Source: Octopus sinensis (taxonomy: Eukaryota). Taken from it: a DNA stretch of 64,000 nucleotides. The translations under genes and the position numbers were made by a program. The stretch covers positions 16,429,360-16,493,359 of the forward strand of contig NC_043019.1 in assembly GCF_006345805.1 (NCBI RefSeq). The letters are read 5' to 3'. Every line of letters starts with the position of its first letter. Within the stretch, counting starts at the first letter, position 1. A model generated the notes under the pieces. It ran no database searches, had not been told where the DNA came from, and worked only from the letters and a program-made list of their open reading frames with translations. This document shows, piece by piece, positions 1 through 14,176 of this stretch.

Positions 1-3000
1 CTTCCCCCCCATCCACCACCACCACCACCACTCTCTACCCCTCCATCATCACCACCACCACCCACTCTCTACCCCTCCATCATCACCACCACCACCACTT
101 TCTACCCCTCCATCATCACCACCACCACCAATTTTACCCCTCCATCATCACCACCACCACCACTCTCTACCCCTCCATCACCACCACCACCACTTTCTAC
201 CCCTCCATCATCACCTTCACCACCACCACTCTCTACCCCTCCATCATCACCACCACCACCACTCTCTACCCCTCCATCATCACCACCACCACCACCACTC
301 TCTACCCCTCCATCATCACCACCACCACCACTTTTTACCCCTCCATCATCACCATCACCACCACCACTCTCTACCCCTCCATCATCACCACCACCACCAC
401 CACTTTCTACCCCTCCATCATCACCACCACCACCACTCTCTACCCCTCCATCATCACCACCACCACCACTTTCTACCCCTCCATCATCACCACCACCACC
501 ACTTTCTACCCCTCCATCATCACCACCACCACCACTTTCTACCCCTCCATCACCACCACCACCACTCTCTACCCCTCCATCATCACCACCACCACCACTC
601 TCTACCCCTCCATCACCATCACCACCACCACTTTTTACCCCTCCATCATCACCACCACCACTTTCTACCCCTCCATCATCACCATCCACCACCACACTCT
701 CTACCCCTCCATCATCACCACCACCACCACTCTCTACCCCTCCATCATCACACCACCACCACTCACTACCCCTCCATCATCCACCACCCCACCACTCTCT
801 ACCCCTCCATCATCACCACCACCACCACCACTCTCTACCCCTCCATCATCACCACCACCACCACTTTTTACCCCTCCATCATCACCTCACACCACCCCAC
901 TCTCTACCCCTCCATCATCACCACCACCACCACTTTCTACCCCTCCATCATCACCACCACCACCACTCTCTACCCCTCCATCATCACCACCACCACCACC
1001 ACTCTCTACCCCTCCATCATCACCACCACCACCACTCTCTACCCCTCATCATCACACCACCACCACCACTCTCTACCCCTCCATCATCACCACCACCACC
1101 ACTCTCTACCCCTCCATCACCACCACCACCACCACTCTCTACCCCTCCATCATCACCATCACCACCACCACTCTCTACCCCTCCATCATCACCACCACCA
1201 CCACCACTCTCTACCCCTCCATCATCACCACCACCACCAATTTTAACCCCTCATCATCACCACCAACACCACTCTCTAACCCCCATCATCACCACCACCA
1301 CCACCACTCTCTACCCCTCCATCATCACCACCACCACCACCACTTTCTACACCTCCATCATCACCACCACCACCACCGCTCTCTACCCCTCCATCATCAC
1401 CACTTTCTACCCCTCCATCATCACCACCACCACCACTCTCTACCCCTGCATCATCACCACCACCACCACTCTCTACCCCTCCATCATCACCACCACCACC
1501 ACTCTCTACCCCTCCATTATCACCACCAACCACTCTTTCTACCACTCCATCATCACCACCACCACCACTCTCTACCCCTCCATCATCACCACCACCACCA
1601 CCACTCTCTACCCCTCCATCATCACCACCACCACCACTCTCTACCCCTGCATCATCACCACCACCACCACTCTCACCCCTCCATCATCACCACCACACCA
1701 CTCTCTACCCCTCCATCATCACCACCACCACCACTCTCTACCCCTCCATCACCACCCCACCACCACCACCACTTTCTAACCCCTCCATCATCACCACCAC
1801 ACCACCACACTCTCTACCCCTCCATCATCACCACCAAACACCAACTCTCTACCCCGCCATCCACCACCACACCACCGCTTCCTACCCCTCCATCATCACC
1901 CCCCCCCCACCACTCTCTACCCCTCCATCATCACCACACCACCACCACTCTACCCCTCCATCATCACCACCACTCTCTACCCCTCCATCATCACCACCAC
2001 CACCACTCTCTACCCCTCCATCATCACCACCACACTCTCTACCCCTCCATCATCACCACCACCACCACTCTCTACCCCTCCATCATCACACCACCACCAC
2101 TCTACCCCTCCATCATCACCACCACCACCACCACTTTCTACCCCTCCATCATCCAACCACCACCACCACCACTTTCTACCCCTCCATCATCACCACCACC
2201 ACCACTCTCTACCCCTCCATCATCACCACCACCACCACCACCACTCCTACCCCTCCATCATCACCACCACCACCACCACTCTCTACCCCTGCATCATCAC
2301 CACCCACCACCACTCTCTACCCCTCCATCATCACCACCACCACCACTTTTTACCCCTCCATCATCACCACCACCACCACTTTCTACCCCTCCATCACCAC
2401 CACCACCACCAACTTTCTACCCACCATCATCACCACCACCACCACTTTCTACCCCTCCATCCACCACCACCCAACCACACTTTCTACCCCTCCATCATCA
2501 CCACCACAAACACCACCACTTTCTACCCCTCCATCATCACACACACCACCACCACCACTCTCTCTACCCCTCCATCATCACCACCACCACCACTTTCTAC
2601 CCCTCCTCATCACACCACCCACCACCACTCTCTACACCTCCATCATCACCACCACCACCACTTTTTACCCCTCCATCATCACCATCACCAACCTCTTTCT
2701 ACCCCTCCATCATCACCACCACCACCATTTTTACCCCTCCATCATCACCATCACCACCACCCACTCTCTACCCCTCCATCATCACCGCCACCACCACCAC
2801 TCTCTACCCTTCCATCATCACCACCACCACCACTCTCTACACCCCTCCATCATCACCACCACCACCACTTTTTACCCCTCCATCATCACCATCACCACCA
2901 CCTCTTTCTACCCCTCCATCATCACCACCACCCCACTTTTACCCCTCCATCATCACCATCACCACCACACACTCTCTACCCCTCCATCATCACCACCACC

Positions 3001-6000
3001 CCACTTTTACCCCTCCATCATCACCATCACCACCACCCACTCTCTACCCTTCCATCATCACCACCACCACCACTCTCTACCCCTCCATCATCACACCACC
3101 ACCACCACTTTTTACCCCTCCATCATCACATCACCACCACCACCTCTTTCTACCCCTCCATCATCACCCCACCACCACTTTTTACCCCTCCATCATCACC
3201 ATCACCACCACCACTCTCTACCCCTCCATCATCACCGCCACCACCCACCACTCTCTACCCCTCCATCATCACCACCACCACCACCACTTTCTACCCCTCC
3301 ATCATCACCACCGCCACCACTCTCTACCCCTCCATCATCACCACCACCCCACCACTCTCTACCCCTCCATCATCACCACCCCCCCACCACTCTTACCCCT
3401 CATCATCACCACCACCACCACTCTCTACCCCCTCCATCATCCCACCACCACCACCACTTTCTACCCCTCCGTCACCACCACCACCACCACCACTCTCTAC
3501 CCCTCCATCACCACCACCACCACCACTTTCTACCCCTCCGTCACCACCACCACCACCACCACTCTCTACCCCTCCATCATCACCACCACCACCACTTTCT
3601 ACCCCTCCATCACCACCACCACCACCTCTTTCTACCCCTCCATCATCATCACCACCACCACCACTCTCTACCCCTCCATCACCACCACCACCACCACTTT
3701 CAACCCCTCCATCATCACCACCACCACCACCACTTTCTACCCCTCCATCATCACCACCACCACTTTCTACCCCTCCATCACCACCACCACCACCACTTTC
3801 TACCCCTCCATCATCACCACCACCACCCACTCTTTACCCCTCCATCATCACCACCACCACCACTTTCTACCCCTCCATCATCACCACCACCACCACTCCT
3901 AACCACCCCTCCATCTTCACACCACCACCACCCTTTCTACCCCTCCATCATCACCACCACCACCACTCTCTACCCCTCCATCATCCACCACCACCACCAC
4001 TTTCTACCCCTCATCATCAACCACCACCACTCTCTACCCCTCCATCCATCCACCACCACCACCACTTTCTACCCCTCCATCATCAACACCACCAACCACC
4101 ACCTCTTCTACCCCTCATACCACCACACCCACTCTCTACCCCTCCATCATCACACCACCACCACCACTTTTTACCCCCCCATCATCACCAACCACCACCA
4201 CTTTCTACCCCTCCATCATCACCACCACCACCACCACTTTCTACCCCTCCATCATCACCACCCACCACCACTTTCTACCCCTCCATCATCACCAACCACC
4301 CCACTTTCTACCCCTCCATCATCACCACCACCACTTCTAACCCACTCTCTACCCCTCCATCATCACCACCACCACCACCAACTCTCTACCCCTCCATCAT
4401 CACCACCCACCACCACTTTCTTCCCCCATCATCACCACCACCACCACTTCTACCCCTCATCACCACCACCACCACCACTTCTCTACCCCTCCATCATCAC
4501 CACCACCACCACTTTCTACCCCTCCATCATCACCACCACACACACTCCACCTCATCATACCCCCTCCGTCACCACCAACCAACCACACACTCCTACCCCC
4601 CTCCATCATCACCACCACCACCACTTTCTACCCCTCCATCATCACCACCACCACCACTCTCTACCCCTCCATCACCACCACCACCACCACTTTCTACCCC
4701 TCCATCATCACCACCACCACCACCACTACCCCGCCACTCTCTAAACCCCTCCATCATCACCACCACCACCCCACTTTCTACCCCCATCATCAAACCACCT
4801 CATCTCACACACCACCATCATCACCACACCACCACTCTCTACCCCTCCATCATCACCACCACCACCACTGCTTCTACCCCTCCATCATCACCACCACCAA
4901 CACTTTTCTACCCCTCCATCACCACCACCACCACCACTTCTACCCCTCCATCATCACACACCACCACCACTCTCTACCCCTCCATCATCACCACCACCAC
5001 CACCCCTCTCTACCCCTCCATCATCACCACCACCACCACCACTCTCTACCCTCCATCATCACCACCACCACCACTTTCTACCCCCATCACCACCACCACC
5101 ACCACTCTCTAACCCCTCCATCATCCACCACCACCACCACCACTCTCTACCCCACCTCATCATCACCACCACCACCACTTTCTACCCCCCCATCATCACC
5201 ACCACCACCACCACTCTCTACCCCTCCATCATCACCACCACCACCACAACTTTCTACCCCCTCCCCTCACCACCACCACCACCACCACTCTCTACCCCTC
5301 CATCTCACCACCACCACCACTTTCTACCCCCTCCATCATCACCACCACCACCACTTTCTACCCCTCCATCATCACCACACCACCACCACTCTCTACCCCT
5401 CCATCACCACCACCACCACCACTTCTACCCCTCCATCAATCACCACCACACCCTCCTACCCCTCCTAACCCCTCCATCACCACGGGTACCACCACTTTCG
5501 TGGGACCCCTCCATCCACACACACCACCACCACACTCTCTACCCCTCCATCATCACCACCACCACTTTCTACCCCTCCATCACCACCACCACCACCACTT
5601 TCTACCCCTCCATCATCACCCCACCAACACCACTTTCACCCCTCCATCCACCACCACTACCACTTTCTACCCCTCCATCATCCACCACCACCACCACCAC
5701 TTTCTACCCCTCCATCAATCCCACCACCACCACTGTCTACCCCTCCATCACCACCACCACCACCACTTTTTACCCCTCCATCCCCACCACCACCACCACT
5801 TTCTACCCCTCCATCACCATCACCACCACCCAACCCTTTCTATCTACCTACCCCTCCACATCACCACACACCACCACTTCTACCCCTCCATCACCACCAC
5901 CACTACCAACTTCTACCCCTCCTCATCACCACCACCACCACCACCACTTTCTACCCCTCCATCATCACCACCACACCACCACTCTCTACCCCTCCATCAC

Positions 6001-7800
6001 CACCACCACCACACTTTCCTACCCCTCCATCCCCACCACCCTTCTCTACCACCCCTCCATCACCATCACCCACCACCACTTCTACCCCTCCATCATCACC
6101 ACCACCACCACCACTCTCACCCCTCCATCATCACCACCACCACCACTTTCTACCCCTCATCACCACCACCACCACCACTTTCTACCCCCCTCCATCCCCA
6201 CCACCATTCTCTACCCCACATCCACCACCACCACCACTTTCTACCCCTCCATCATCACCACCACCACCAACCACTCCTCACCCCTCCATCACACCACCAC
6301 CACTTTCTACCCCTCCATCACCACCACACCACCCCACTCTACCTCCTCCATCATCCCCACCACCACCACTTTCTACCCCTCCATCATCATCACCACCACC
6401 ACCACTTTCTACCCCTCCATCACACCACCACTACCACTTTCTACCCCGACCCCTCCATCATCACACCACCACCACCACCACTCTCTACCCCTCACATCAC
6501 ACACCCCACCACCACTCTCTACCCCTCCATCATCACCACCACCACCACTTTCTCTCTCCTACCCCATCCATCACCACCACCACCACCACTTTCTACCCCT
6601 CCATCATCACCACCACCACCACCACTTTCTACCCCCTCCATCACCACCACCACCACCACTTCTACCCCTCCCACATCACCACCACCACCACCACTCTTCT
6701 ACCCCTCCGCATCACCACCACCACCACTTTCTACCCCTCCATCATCACCCCACCACCACTTTCTACCCCTCCATCATCACCACCACCACCACCACTTTCT
6801 ACCCCCTCCATCCCACCACACCACCACTTCTTACCCCTCCATCATCACCACCACCACCACCACTTCTATCTACCCCTCCATCACCACCACCACCACCACT
6901 TTCTACCCCCCCATCACCCACCACCACCACTCTCTACTACCCTCTACCCCTCCACACCACCACCACCACCACCTCTACCCCCTCCATCATCACCACCACC
7001 ACTTTCTACCCCCCTCCATCATCACCCACCACCACCACTTTCTACCCCTCCATCATCACCACCACCACCACCCCTCTCTACCCCTCCATCACCACCAACC
7101 ACCACTTTCTACCCCTCCATCATCACCACCACCACCACCACTCTCTACCCCTCCATCATCCCCCACCACCTACCTCTCTACCCCTCCATCACCACCCCAC
7201 CCCACTTTCTACCCCTCCATCATCACCATCACCACCACCACTCTCTACCCCTCCATCATCACCACCACACACCACTTTCTACCCCTCCTCATCACCACCA
7301 CCACCACTTTCTCTTCTACCCCTCCATCATCATCCCCACCACCACCACTTTCTACCCCTCCATCACCACCACCACTACCACTTTCTACCCTCCACATCAC
7401 ACCACACCACACCACCACTTTCACCATTTCTACCCCTCCATCATCACCACCACCACCACCACTGTCTACCCCTCCATCACCACCACCACCACCACTTTCT
7501 ACCCCTCCATCCCCACCACCACCACCACTTTCTACCCCTCCATCATCACCACCACCACCACTTTCTACCCCTCCATCATCCACCACCACCACCACTTTCT
7601 ACCCCTCCATCACCACCTACCACTTTCTACCCCTCCATCATCACCACCACCACCACCACCACTTTCTACCCCTCCATCATCACCACCACCACCACTTTCT
7701 ACCCCTCCATCACCACCACCACCACCACTTTCTACCCCTCCATCCCCACCACCATTCTCTACCCCTCCATCACCACCACCACCACCACTCTCTACAACCC
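1..7800. repeat. Giant minisatellite, ~30-36 bp unit (CT(C/T)TCTACCCCTCCATCAT(CAC)n), in an AREL1 intron; truncated by the window start
   Basis: A continuous tandem array with a variable number of CAC triplets per unit. The + strand is almost G-free. The array is more degenerate between ~1.5 and 7.5 kb and ends ~60 bp before the acceptor at 7862. Confidence 0.97.
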
Positions 7801-7862
7801 TCCCCTTCATCATCATCATCATCTTCAGTATTACAGGTGAAGATCTCTTCCATCTCTTTCAG

Positions 7863-8051
7863 GTTGTCGATCTCATTCCAAACGGTTCCAAGACTCTTGT
7901 GACCAACAAGAACAAACTCTGGTACCTGGATCTCCTTGCTGAACATCGACTTTCGGCATCGGTGAAAGAGGAAGTGGACAGCTTCCTGCGGGGCCTCAAT
8001 GAACTCATTCCTGACAACCTGTTGAGTATCTTTGACGAGAATGAACTTGAG
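7863..8051 (+). CDS. AREL1: AREL1-like HECT E3 ubiquitin ligase, internal exon
   Basis: tctctttcag acceptor and gtgagt donor, 189 nt, phase 0/0. Encodes VVDLIPNGSKTLVTNKNKLWYLDLLAEHRLSASVKEEVDSFLRGLNELIPDNLLSIFDENELE, matching the AREL1 HECT N-lobe as recalled (FLKGLNELVPENLLAIFDENELE). Confidence 0.92.
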
Positions 8052-9033
8052 GTGAGTGAGGAGGGGGGGCGTTACTATACAGCCCCTTGCAAAGTAAAAA
8101 CCACCAAGGGGATCACCTATTCAACTACCTGCCCCATATGACAAGAGTTCAAATCTACTATATATATATATATATATAATATATATATATATAATATATA
8201 TGTATATATATAAATATATGTTGTTGTTGTTTTATTTCCATGTTGGCCTTTATCTCAAATCAAACATGTTCCAACCATGACCATCCCATATATATATATA
8301 TGTCTTGGACTGAATTGTCCAAGATGTTGTTCCATTTTTAAGCTGATAGTTGGTGTAGTGATTTGAAGGGCATTTGGCTGCTAGTTCTTGCCAGTCAAAT
8401 AACAGAGGCTACACCTTCTCATATCAACTTGAGGGGTTTTATTATATTTGTGATCAGATCACTTCAGTTCTTCCAGTTATTTGGAGCAGGGGGATTACTG
8501 GTAGGGATCTGGGTGGACCTTTGAATTACAGGAGTACAATCTATTTGATGGGCTTCTGCACAGTTTTCATCTCACCAATTCCACTCACAAGGCATCAGTA
8601 GACTGAAAACTGGTAAAAAGTCACTTGTACAAGTGCCATGAGGAGGGATTGAACCTGTGGCTGAGTGATTGCAAAGCACACTACTTAGCCACATAACCAT
8701 TCTGTACTTGTGTACATACACACACTCATGCAATGGGCTTAATTCAATTTCTGTTTACAAAATCCATTCACAAGACCCTGGTCACCTGGGGCTGTAGGAA
8801 AAGACACTTGTCCAAGGTGTCACTCCATGGGACTGAACCTAGGACCATCTAGTCGAGGACCAACTTTTTTTATCCCTGCAGCCATGTCTGAGAAATATAT
8901 ATATATGTATATATATATAACGCCATAACTATTTTGAATGCTAAAAGACTAAACCCTTAGACAAGAAACACCACTCTACATGACTGTATCAATGTAATGT
9001 AGCAGCAGGAGTATTGTTTGTTTAATGGCTTGA

Positions 9034-9250
9034 CCCTTTAGTGTTTGACCTGGCCATATCCAACCCTAATATTCCAGCTGTTTTTATGTTCAAAACTGGC
9101 TTTATCTGGCCTCTTACCCTGACCCTCCAATGTCATTCTAAAAATAAACAATCACATCATTGAGATCTGAAAGCTGTGAGAAAATGCAGGATTAATTGAA
9201 AACAATAAGAATAAATAAGGATTACACTTGACAATCTGAATGCTAAAGGG
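9034..9250. mobile_element. Non-autonomous MITE with piggyBac-like ends (TTAA-CCCTTT)
   Basis: Left end ttga-CCCTTTAGTGTTTGA, right end TCTGAATGCTAAAGGG-ttaa. The internal sequence is shared with 59503-59697. Confidence 0.65.
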
Positions 9251-9820
9251 TTAACTTTTCTAATACCAACCCATCCATGACCACCTCTGGTTCTATGATG
9301 GGAAATTCCTGTTTTCAAATGATCTGAATGAAAACCTTTCAAGTTGTCTTTTTTATTCCAAAATATCATCTTCAAAATGGCTGAGCGGTTTTATGAAATG
9401 CTTGACACAAGGGCAACAGATTTCAAAGGAAATATAATTACAAAATGGGTTGAACTTTATCCAAGTAACCCTACTCGGCTGTAAGGGCTCAGATCTCCCT
9501 CCTGCAAATGAAGGTGTCAACAAGCCTAACACCATTATTGTGAATCTGTGGTAAAATGTTAAACCTTAGTCAAGACACACCACTCTATATCTCTCACCAT
9601 ATTGAATGCTATTCTATATTATTATTATTATTATTATTATTGTGTTTTGCTTCTTCATTCAATTTTGTTTCCATTTCTTGCTGAGTGTCTTCCCAACACC
9701 TAGGGCAAAGACACTCCCTGTGTACATTGGTAGGCCATTAAAATAAACACACCAGATCGTTTATTTACAAAGTCAATCTGCTAAAGGATTAATCACTGTG
9801 TCTCTTTGTTGTTGTTCCAG

Positions 9821-9907
9821 CTATTAATGTGTGGCACAGGCAACTACAGTATAACTGACTTCAGACAACACCACTCTGTATGTGGCACATCTCCAGCCTT
9901 TGGCAAA
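9821..9907 (+). CDS. AREL1: AREL1-like HECT ligase exon
   Basis: gttccag acceptor and gtaagt donor, 87 nt. Encodes LLMCGTGNYSITDFRQHHSVCGTSPAFGK, continuing ELE-LLMCGTG. Confidence 0.92.
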
Positions 9908-9926
9908 GTAAGTCTCTCATATTTCT

Positions 9927-9964
<38 letters not shown>

Positions 9965-10235
9965 GTGCTTGTGGCACATAAAAAGCACCATCCGATTGTG
10001 GTCGATGCCAGCCCCCTCTGGCCCCTGTGTCAGTGACACGTAAAAAAAGCACCCACTACACTCATGGAGTGGTTGGTGTTAGGAAGGGCATCCAGCTGTA
10101 GAAACACTGCCAGAACAGATTGGAGCCTGGTGCAGCCTCCTGACTTCCCAGTCCCCAGTCGAACTGTCCCAGACCTCAGTCAAACTGTCCATTTTCCATG
10201 CCAGCATGGAAAACAGACGTTAAACGATGATGATG
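9965..10235 (+). mobile_element. SINE-like repeat with RTE-type tail (gttaggaagggcatccagc...gacgttaaacgatgatga); other copies near 11060, 13590, 24354, 33030, 36330, 39930, 41155, 42460, 45500, 47330, 63640
   Basis: More than ten mutually similar copies on both strands, ending in (GAT)n. Confidence 0.8.
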
Positions 10236-11358
10236 AGGGGGGGGGGTAATACATTACATATTTTGTGGTTATTGTTGTTGTGTAACCCTGGGTCTAGCTG
10301 GATCAGATTGGATGTTGTTGTTTGACCCCGAGTGCAGGTAGGCCAAAGTAGTAATACATCAGATGATGGGTCAAGATGGTTTTGGGTTAACATAACACAT
10401 GTTGTTGTTTTTTAGCTCTGAGTCAGCCTTCAACAACAATAACAACCTCCCACACACACACACACACATATACAATGGGCTTCCACACAGTTTCCATCTA
10501 GCAAATCCACTCACAAAACTTTGGTTGACCTGGGGCTATAGTAAAAGCCATTTCCCCAATGGTGCCACACAGTGGGATTGGACCCAGAAACCACATGGCT
10601 GGGAAGCAACCTTCTCAACCACACAGCCACACCTCCCCCTCCCCTTTAGGCTCTACAGAGCATTCCTGCTTACCATTTGTTAGCATTGAACACCTCTCCA
10701 CATGTCCACTAACATTTACCTAATTTTTGTTCCAAGAAATGAAATTCCTGTTGTATTTCTCAAAAAGACAAAATAAAAGATTATAACACAAAACGACAAA
10801 CATTTTGACACCAAACAATAAATATTGAAGTGAAATTAACAGTTTTTGAACATTTTTCAACTGGCTAACATGCTTCTCCCACACTGTGTTTTAATTTCAA
10901 TTCATCATCTCAGATCAAATCACCTGCCCGGCAAGTGCACCTTCGAAATATAATATAAAGATAATTAATCTGTTAATCAACATTAATATCAAAGCCATTT
11001 TCCCATTCACATTTTTCTTTCTTTCCTCCCCATATGTCTACTGTTACCATCAACATCATTTAACATCCATTTTCCATCCTGGCATGGGTCGGACAGGTTG
11101 ACAGGATGTGACCAACTGCAAGGCTGCATCAGGTCCCAGTGTCAGTTTTGTGTTGGTCTCTACAGCTTCAAGCCCTTCCTAATGCCAACCACTTTACAAT
11201 TGTACATGGATTGCATTTCTTCATGTCCCTGGCACTTGTGATGTTTTGCCATGCAGTTCCCAAGACAAGAGTAAAGAAAGAGAAAGGTAAAACTTGTTGC
11301 AATAAAATGTCTGTTGTTTGTAATATTTGTGTAAAAACCTCATCATTGATTTCTGCAG

Positions 11359-11534
11359 GTGCTCGATTGGTTTTGGACAATTGTTGCCAGCTTCACTGAA
11401 GAACAAATGGCCAGACTTCTGCAATTCACCACAGGTTGTTCCCAGTTGCCACCAGGAGGATTTTCAGAGCTGAACCCCAAGTTTCAAATCACTGCTGCTC
11501 CCACATTTAACACATTACCAACTGCACATACCTG
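11359..11534 (+). CDS. AREL1: AREL1-like HECT ligase exon (C-lobe)
   Basis: ttctgcag acceptor and gtgagt donor, 176 nt. Encodes VLDWFWTIVASFTEEQMARLLQFTTGCSQLPPGGFSELNPKFQITAAPTFNTLPTAHT plus TG, the first two bases of the catalytic Cys codon. Confidence 0.94.
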
Positions 11535-12174
11535 GTGAGTTAAAACTGCATGTGTGTGTGTGTGTGTGTTTGTGTGTGTATGTGTTGGTGTGTGTTCATG
11601 TTTTTTCCCCATTCTAGCATGGGTTAGATGGATAATTTACTGAAGTGTTGTTTGACAGCTGGGTGCTCTTCCTGTTGCTAACCCTTGTCTATTTTTCAAG
11701 TAAAGGAATTAAGGGTCATTTTGTTCTGCCATAGAGAGGGGATTTTTTTTTCAACAAAGCACAAATGTAAACAAACACACAGACAGACAGACAGAAACTT
11801 CTTTCAGTTTCCATCTATGAAATCCACTTACAAAGCATTGGTTGGCCCTGGGTTATAGTTGTCCAAAGTGCTGCAGACTGTGATTGAACTTCAAACCATG
11901 TGGTTAGGATGCAAATTCTTTAACCGCATTCTCATGCCTGTGTCTATCTTTATATCCATCTTGATTTAGAAATGTGATCACTGTACCCTTTGTTATCATT
12001 ATTATCTCATCCCAGTTTTTGTCCATCTGGAGCTCCAGATTGAACCAGACCCCCCCCCCCCCAAGCAATTTAACCAGTCCATCTGTCCAGTGCTCAATGA
12101 CTCAGTTGGACAGCATGGACAGCTTCTGCAAGTTCCAAGCTGAAAACCCACTGATTTCTCCTGGTTGTCGCTCA

Positions 12175-12214
<40 letters not shown>

Positions 12215-12530
12215 TAAAGGCAGTGAGTTGGCAGAATTGTTGCCAGGCAAAATGCTTGGCAGTATTTCATCTGTCTTTACATTCTGAGTTCAAATTGCAC
12301 CAAGGTTGACTTTGCCTTTCATCCTTTTAAGGTTGATAAAACAAATACCAGTTGAGTACTGGTGTCAACATAATCTATTATCGCATTCTCCCCCTAAATG
12401 CCTGTAGTAGAAAGGATTATTCTTTGTTATTTTATTTACACGTTCTAAAACACTTTCTATCGTCGTTTTGTCATTTCACGTTGCTTTTATGTTAGCCCTT
12501 GTGGCCAATAAAAGAATAAATTATTATTAT

Positions 12531-13050
12531 TGAGTGAGAGAGCAGTGCATGTCATCAAAGTGACACTGGGGTAAAATATACGAAGCCCAGTATACCCATC
12601 ATGACTACCCGTCTGATAAGGGTACACCAGGCACATGTATCACAACCACATGTGCACGACATGGCGATCTCATAACATGATAAACAGCACATGAACTTGC
12701 AGGTGGGGCCCAGTTAGAATTTTCTTCTGGTCAAGTAACCCATCCCACTCAAAAGGTCCCTGAATAAGGATTGTTTAAGGATGTTGAACGAACCACCCAT
12801 GTTTCCAAAGGTGAATTATCCAAACCTCTAAGAATTCCTTTCAACACATGGCTATGATGCTCCCCCACTACTCCTGCTCGTGATCAGAGATCATCAGCGA
12901 CTAAGGGACATGATCAACTGGTCAACTGGTTAAGGTCAAACAACTGACAAGCAAATCTGTGGTATTGAGCAGAATATTTGCTGTACCAAGACAAAACAAT
13001 GTACATGATAACACTTCCAATCAGTTAAGATCAGAAGCCATGAGAGCAAC
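12531..13050 (+). repeat. Dispersed repeat, with a partial inverted copy at 17134-17346
   Basis: 12531-12756 is the approximate reverse complement of 17134-17346. Confidence 0.75.
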
Positions 13051-13155
13051 TGCCTGGTATTTATTATTATTATCATCATCATCATCATTATTATTATTAT
13101 TATTGTTGTTGTTGTTCTTATTATTATTACTGAACTTATTTCTTGTCTCTTTCAG

Positions 13156-13258
13156 CTTCAACCAGTTGTGTCTACCAGATTATGATTCTATCGACAAATT
13201 CCACAAAGCCCTAATGATAGCAATTAATGAAGGCAACCAAGGATTTGGAATGGTCTAA
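13156..13258 (+). CDS. AREL1: AREL1-like HECT ligase terminal coding exon
   Basis: tctctttcag acceptor. TG+C completes the catalytic Cys of AHTCFNQLCLP, followed by DYDSIDKFHKALMIAINEGNQGFGMV-stop, matching the AREL1 C-terminus (EGCEGFGML). Confidence 0.94.
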
Positions 13259-13927
13259 CAAATGACAAAGGGAACAGGGTAGGGGAGAGTGCAAGTGTGG
13301 GTGGAGGTGGAAGGGAAACGTTTATAAGAGGAGGAGGAGGGAGAGGAGGCAGTAGAGCATTGAGTGAAAGTGGCCAATGTGATGAGTGAGGGTGGGGGAT
13401 GTGGAGTGAAAGTGTTCCATTTCTTGTGTGTGAGTGTGAGTGAGGGCCACAGTCAGACATGTTCGATCCTTTATTCTCCCTTTTTGTAGAAAATAAGCTG
13501 AGGGCGTGGAGAGAATGGAAATTGTGAAACATGGTGTGGAAGTTTTCAGTTTGTTGAGTGTCAGCGGAAAAGAGTGAAACGAAGGTTTTCATTGTCCTCA
13601 TTTAATGTCCGTTGTCCATACTGGCTTGGTTTGGATGCTTTGATAAGGGATTGGCAAGACTGGAGAGCTGCACCAGGCCTCACTTGGCATGGTTTCTACA
13701 GCTGGATCTCCTTCCTAATCCCAACCACTTTACAGAGTGTTCGAGGGGCCTTCAATGGGGAACCAGCATTGCGGTTTTTATGTGGCATTAACATGGATCA
13801 GTTTTCCATAGCACCAAAATCTGAAAATGGTTTAGAGAAGTTAACAAGAAATGGGTGCCAAGTCCAGTTGCATTTCCTTGTAGTTTCCACACAGAAGACT
13901 GCCAATGTTGAATATATTTGTGGAATA

Positions 13928-13960
<33 letters not shown>

Positions 13961-14031
13961 TAGTCATAAAAAGGATTATTACGAAGTAGCATTAGCATTG
14001 CTTTTAATTGCTTTATTTATATTTGTGTGTG

Positions 14032-14069
<38 letters not shown>

Positions 14070-14090
14070 TAAATAGAATCATCCTTAAAT

Positions 14091-14176
14091 AGACCTACAC
14101 GTGTTTCGACTGCACCGATCAGTAATCATTGAAATTGCGACCTTACAATAACACTGGTGCAGTTTCTTCAGGGTCT
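14091..14176 (-). ncRNA. Minimal type I hammerhead ribozyme motif (Penelope-like type)
   Basis: Minus strand reads AGACC-CTGAAGA-A-ACTGCACC-(39-nt loop)-GGTGCAGT-C-GAAA-CACGTGT-A-GGTCT. Stem I is AGACC/GGTCT, stem II is 8 bp, helix III is the palindrome ACACGTGT, and the cleavage triplet is GUA. Confidence 0.75.

Noticed and set aside
1-7800. CRISPR-like array
   Set aside because: There are no unique spacers and no cas genes, and the context is eukaryotic.
102-7822. Gly-rich (GGGGDDGGVES)n ORFs on the - strand, superficially like cephalopod structural proteins
   Set aside because: They are fragmented by non-triplet indels, have no signal peptide or splice structure, and are fully explained by the repeat unit.
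5500-7902. 800-aa His/Pro/Thr-rich ORF on the + strand
   Set aside because: It is a stop-free translation of the G-poor minisatellite, and it overlaps the real AREL1 exon in the wrong frame.
8950-9590. ~30-bp imperfect direct repeats (aaacc(c)ttag.caaga.acaccactcta) 610 bp apart
   Set aside because: They are too long and diverged for a target-site duplication, and are probably fragments of a common dispersed repeat.
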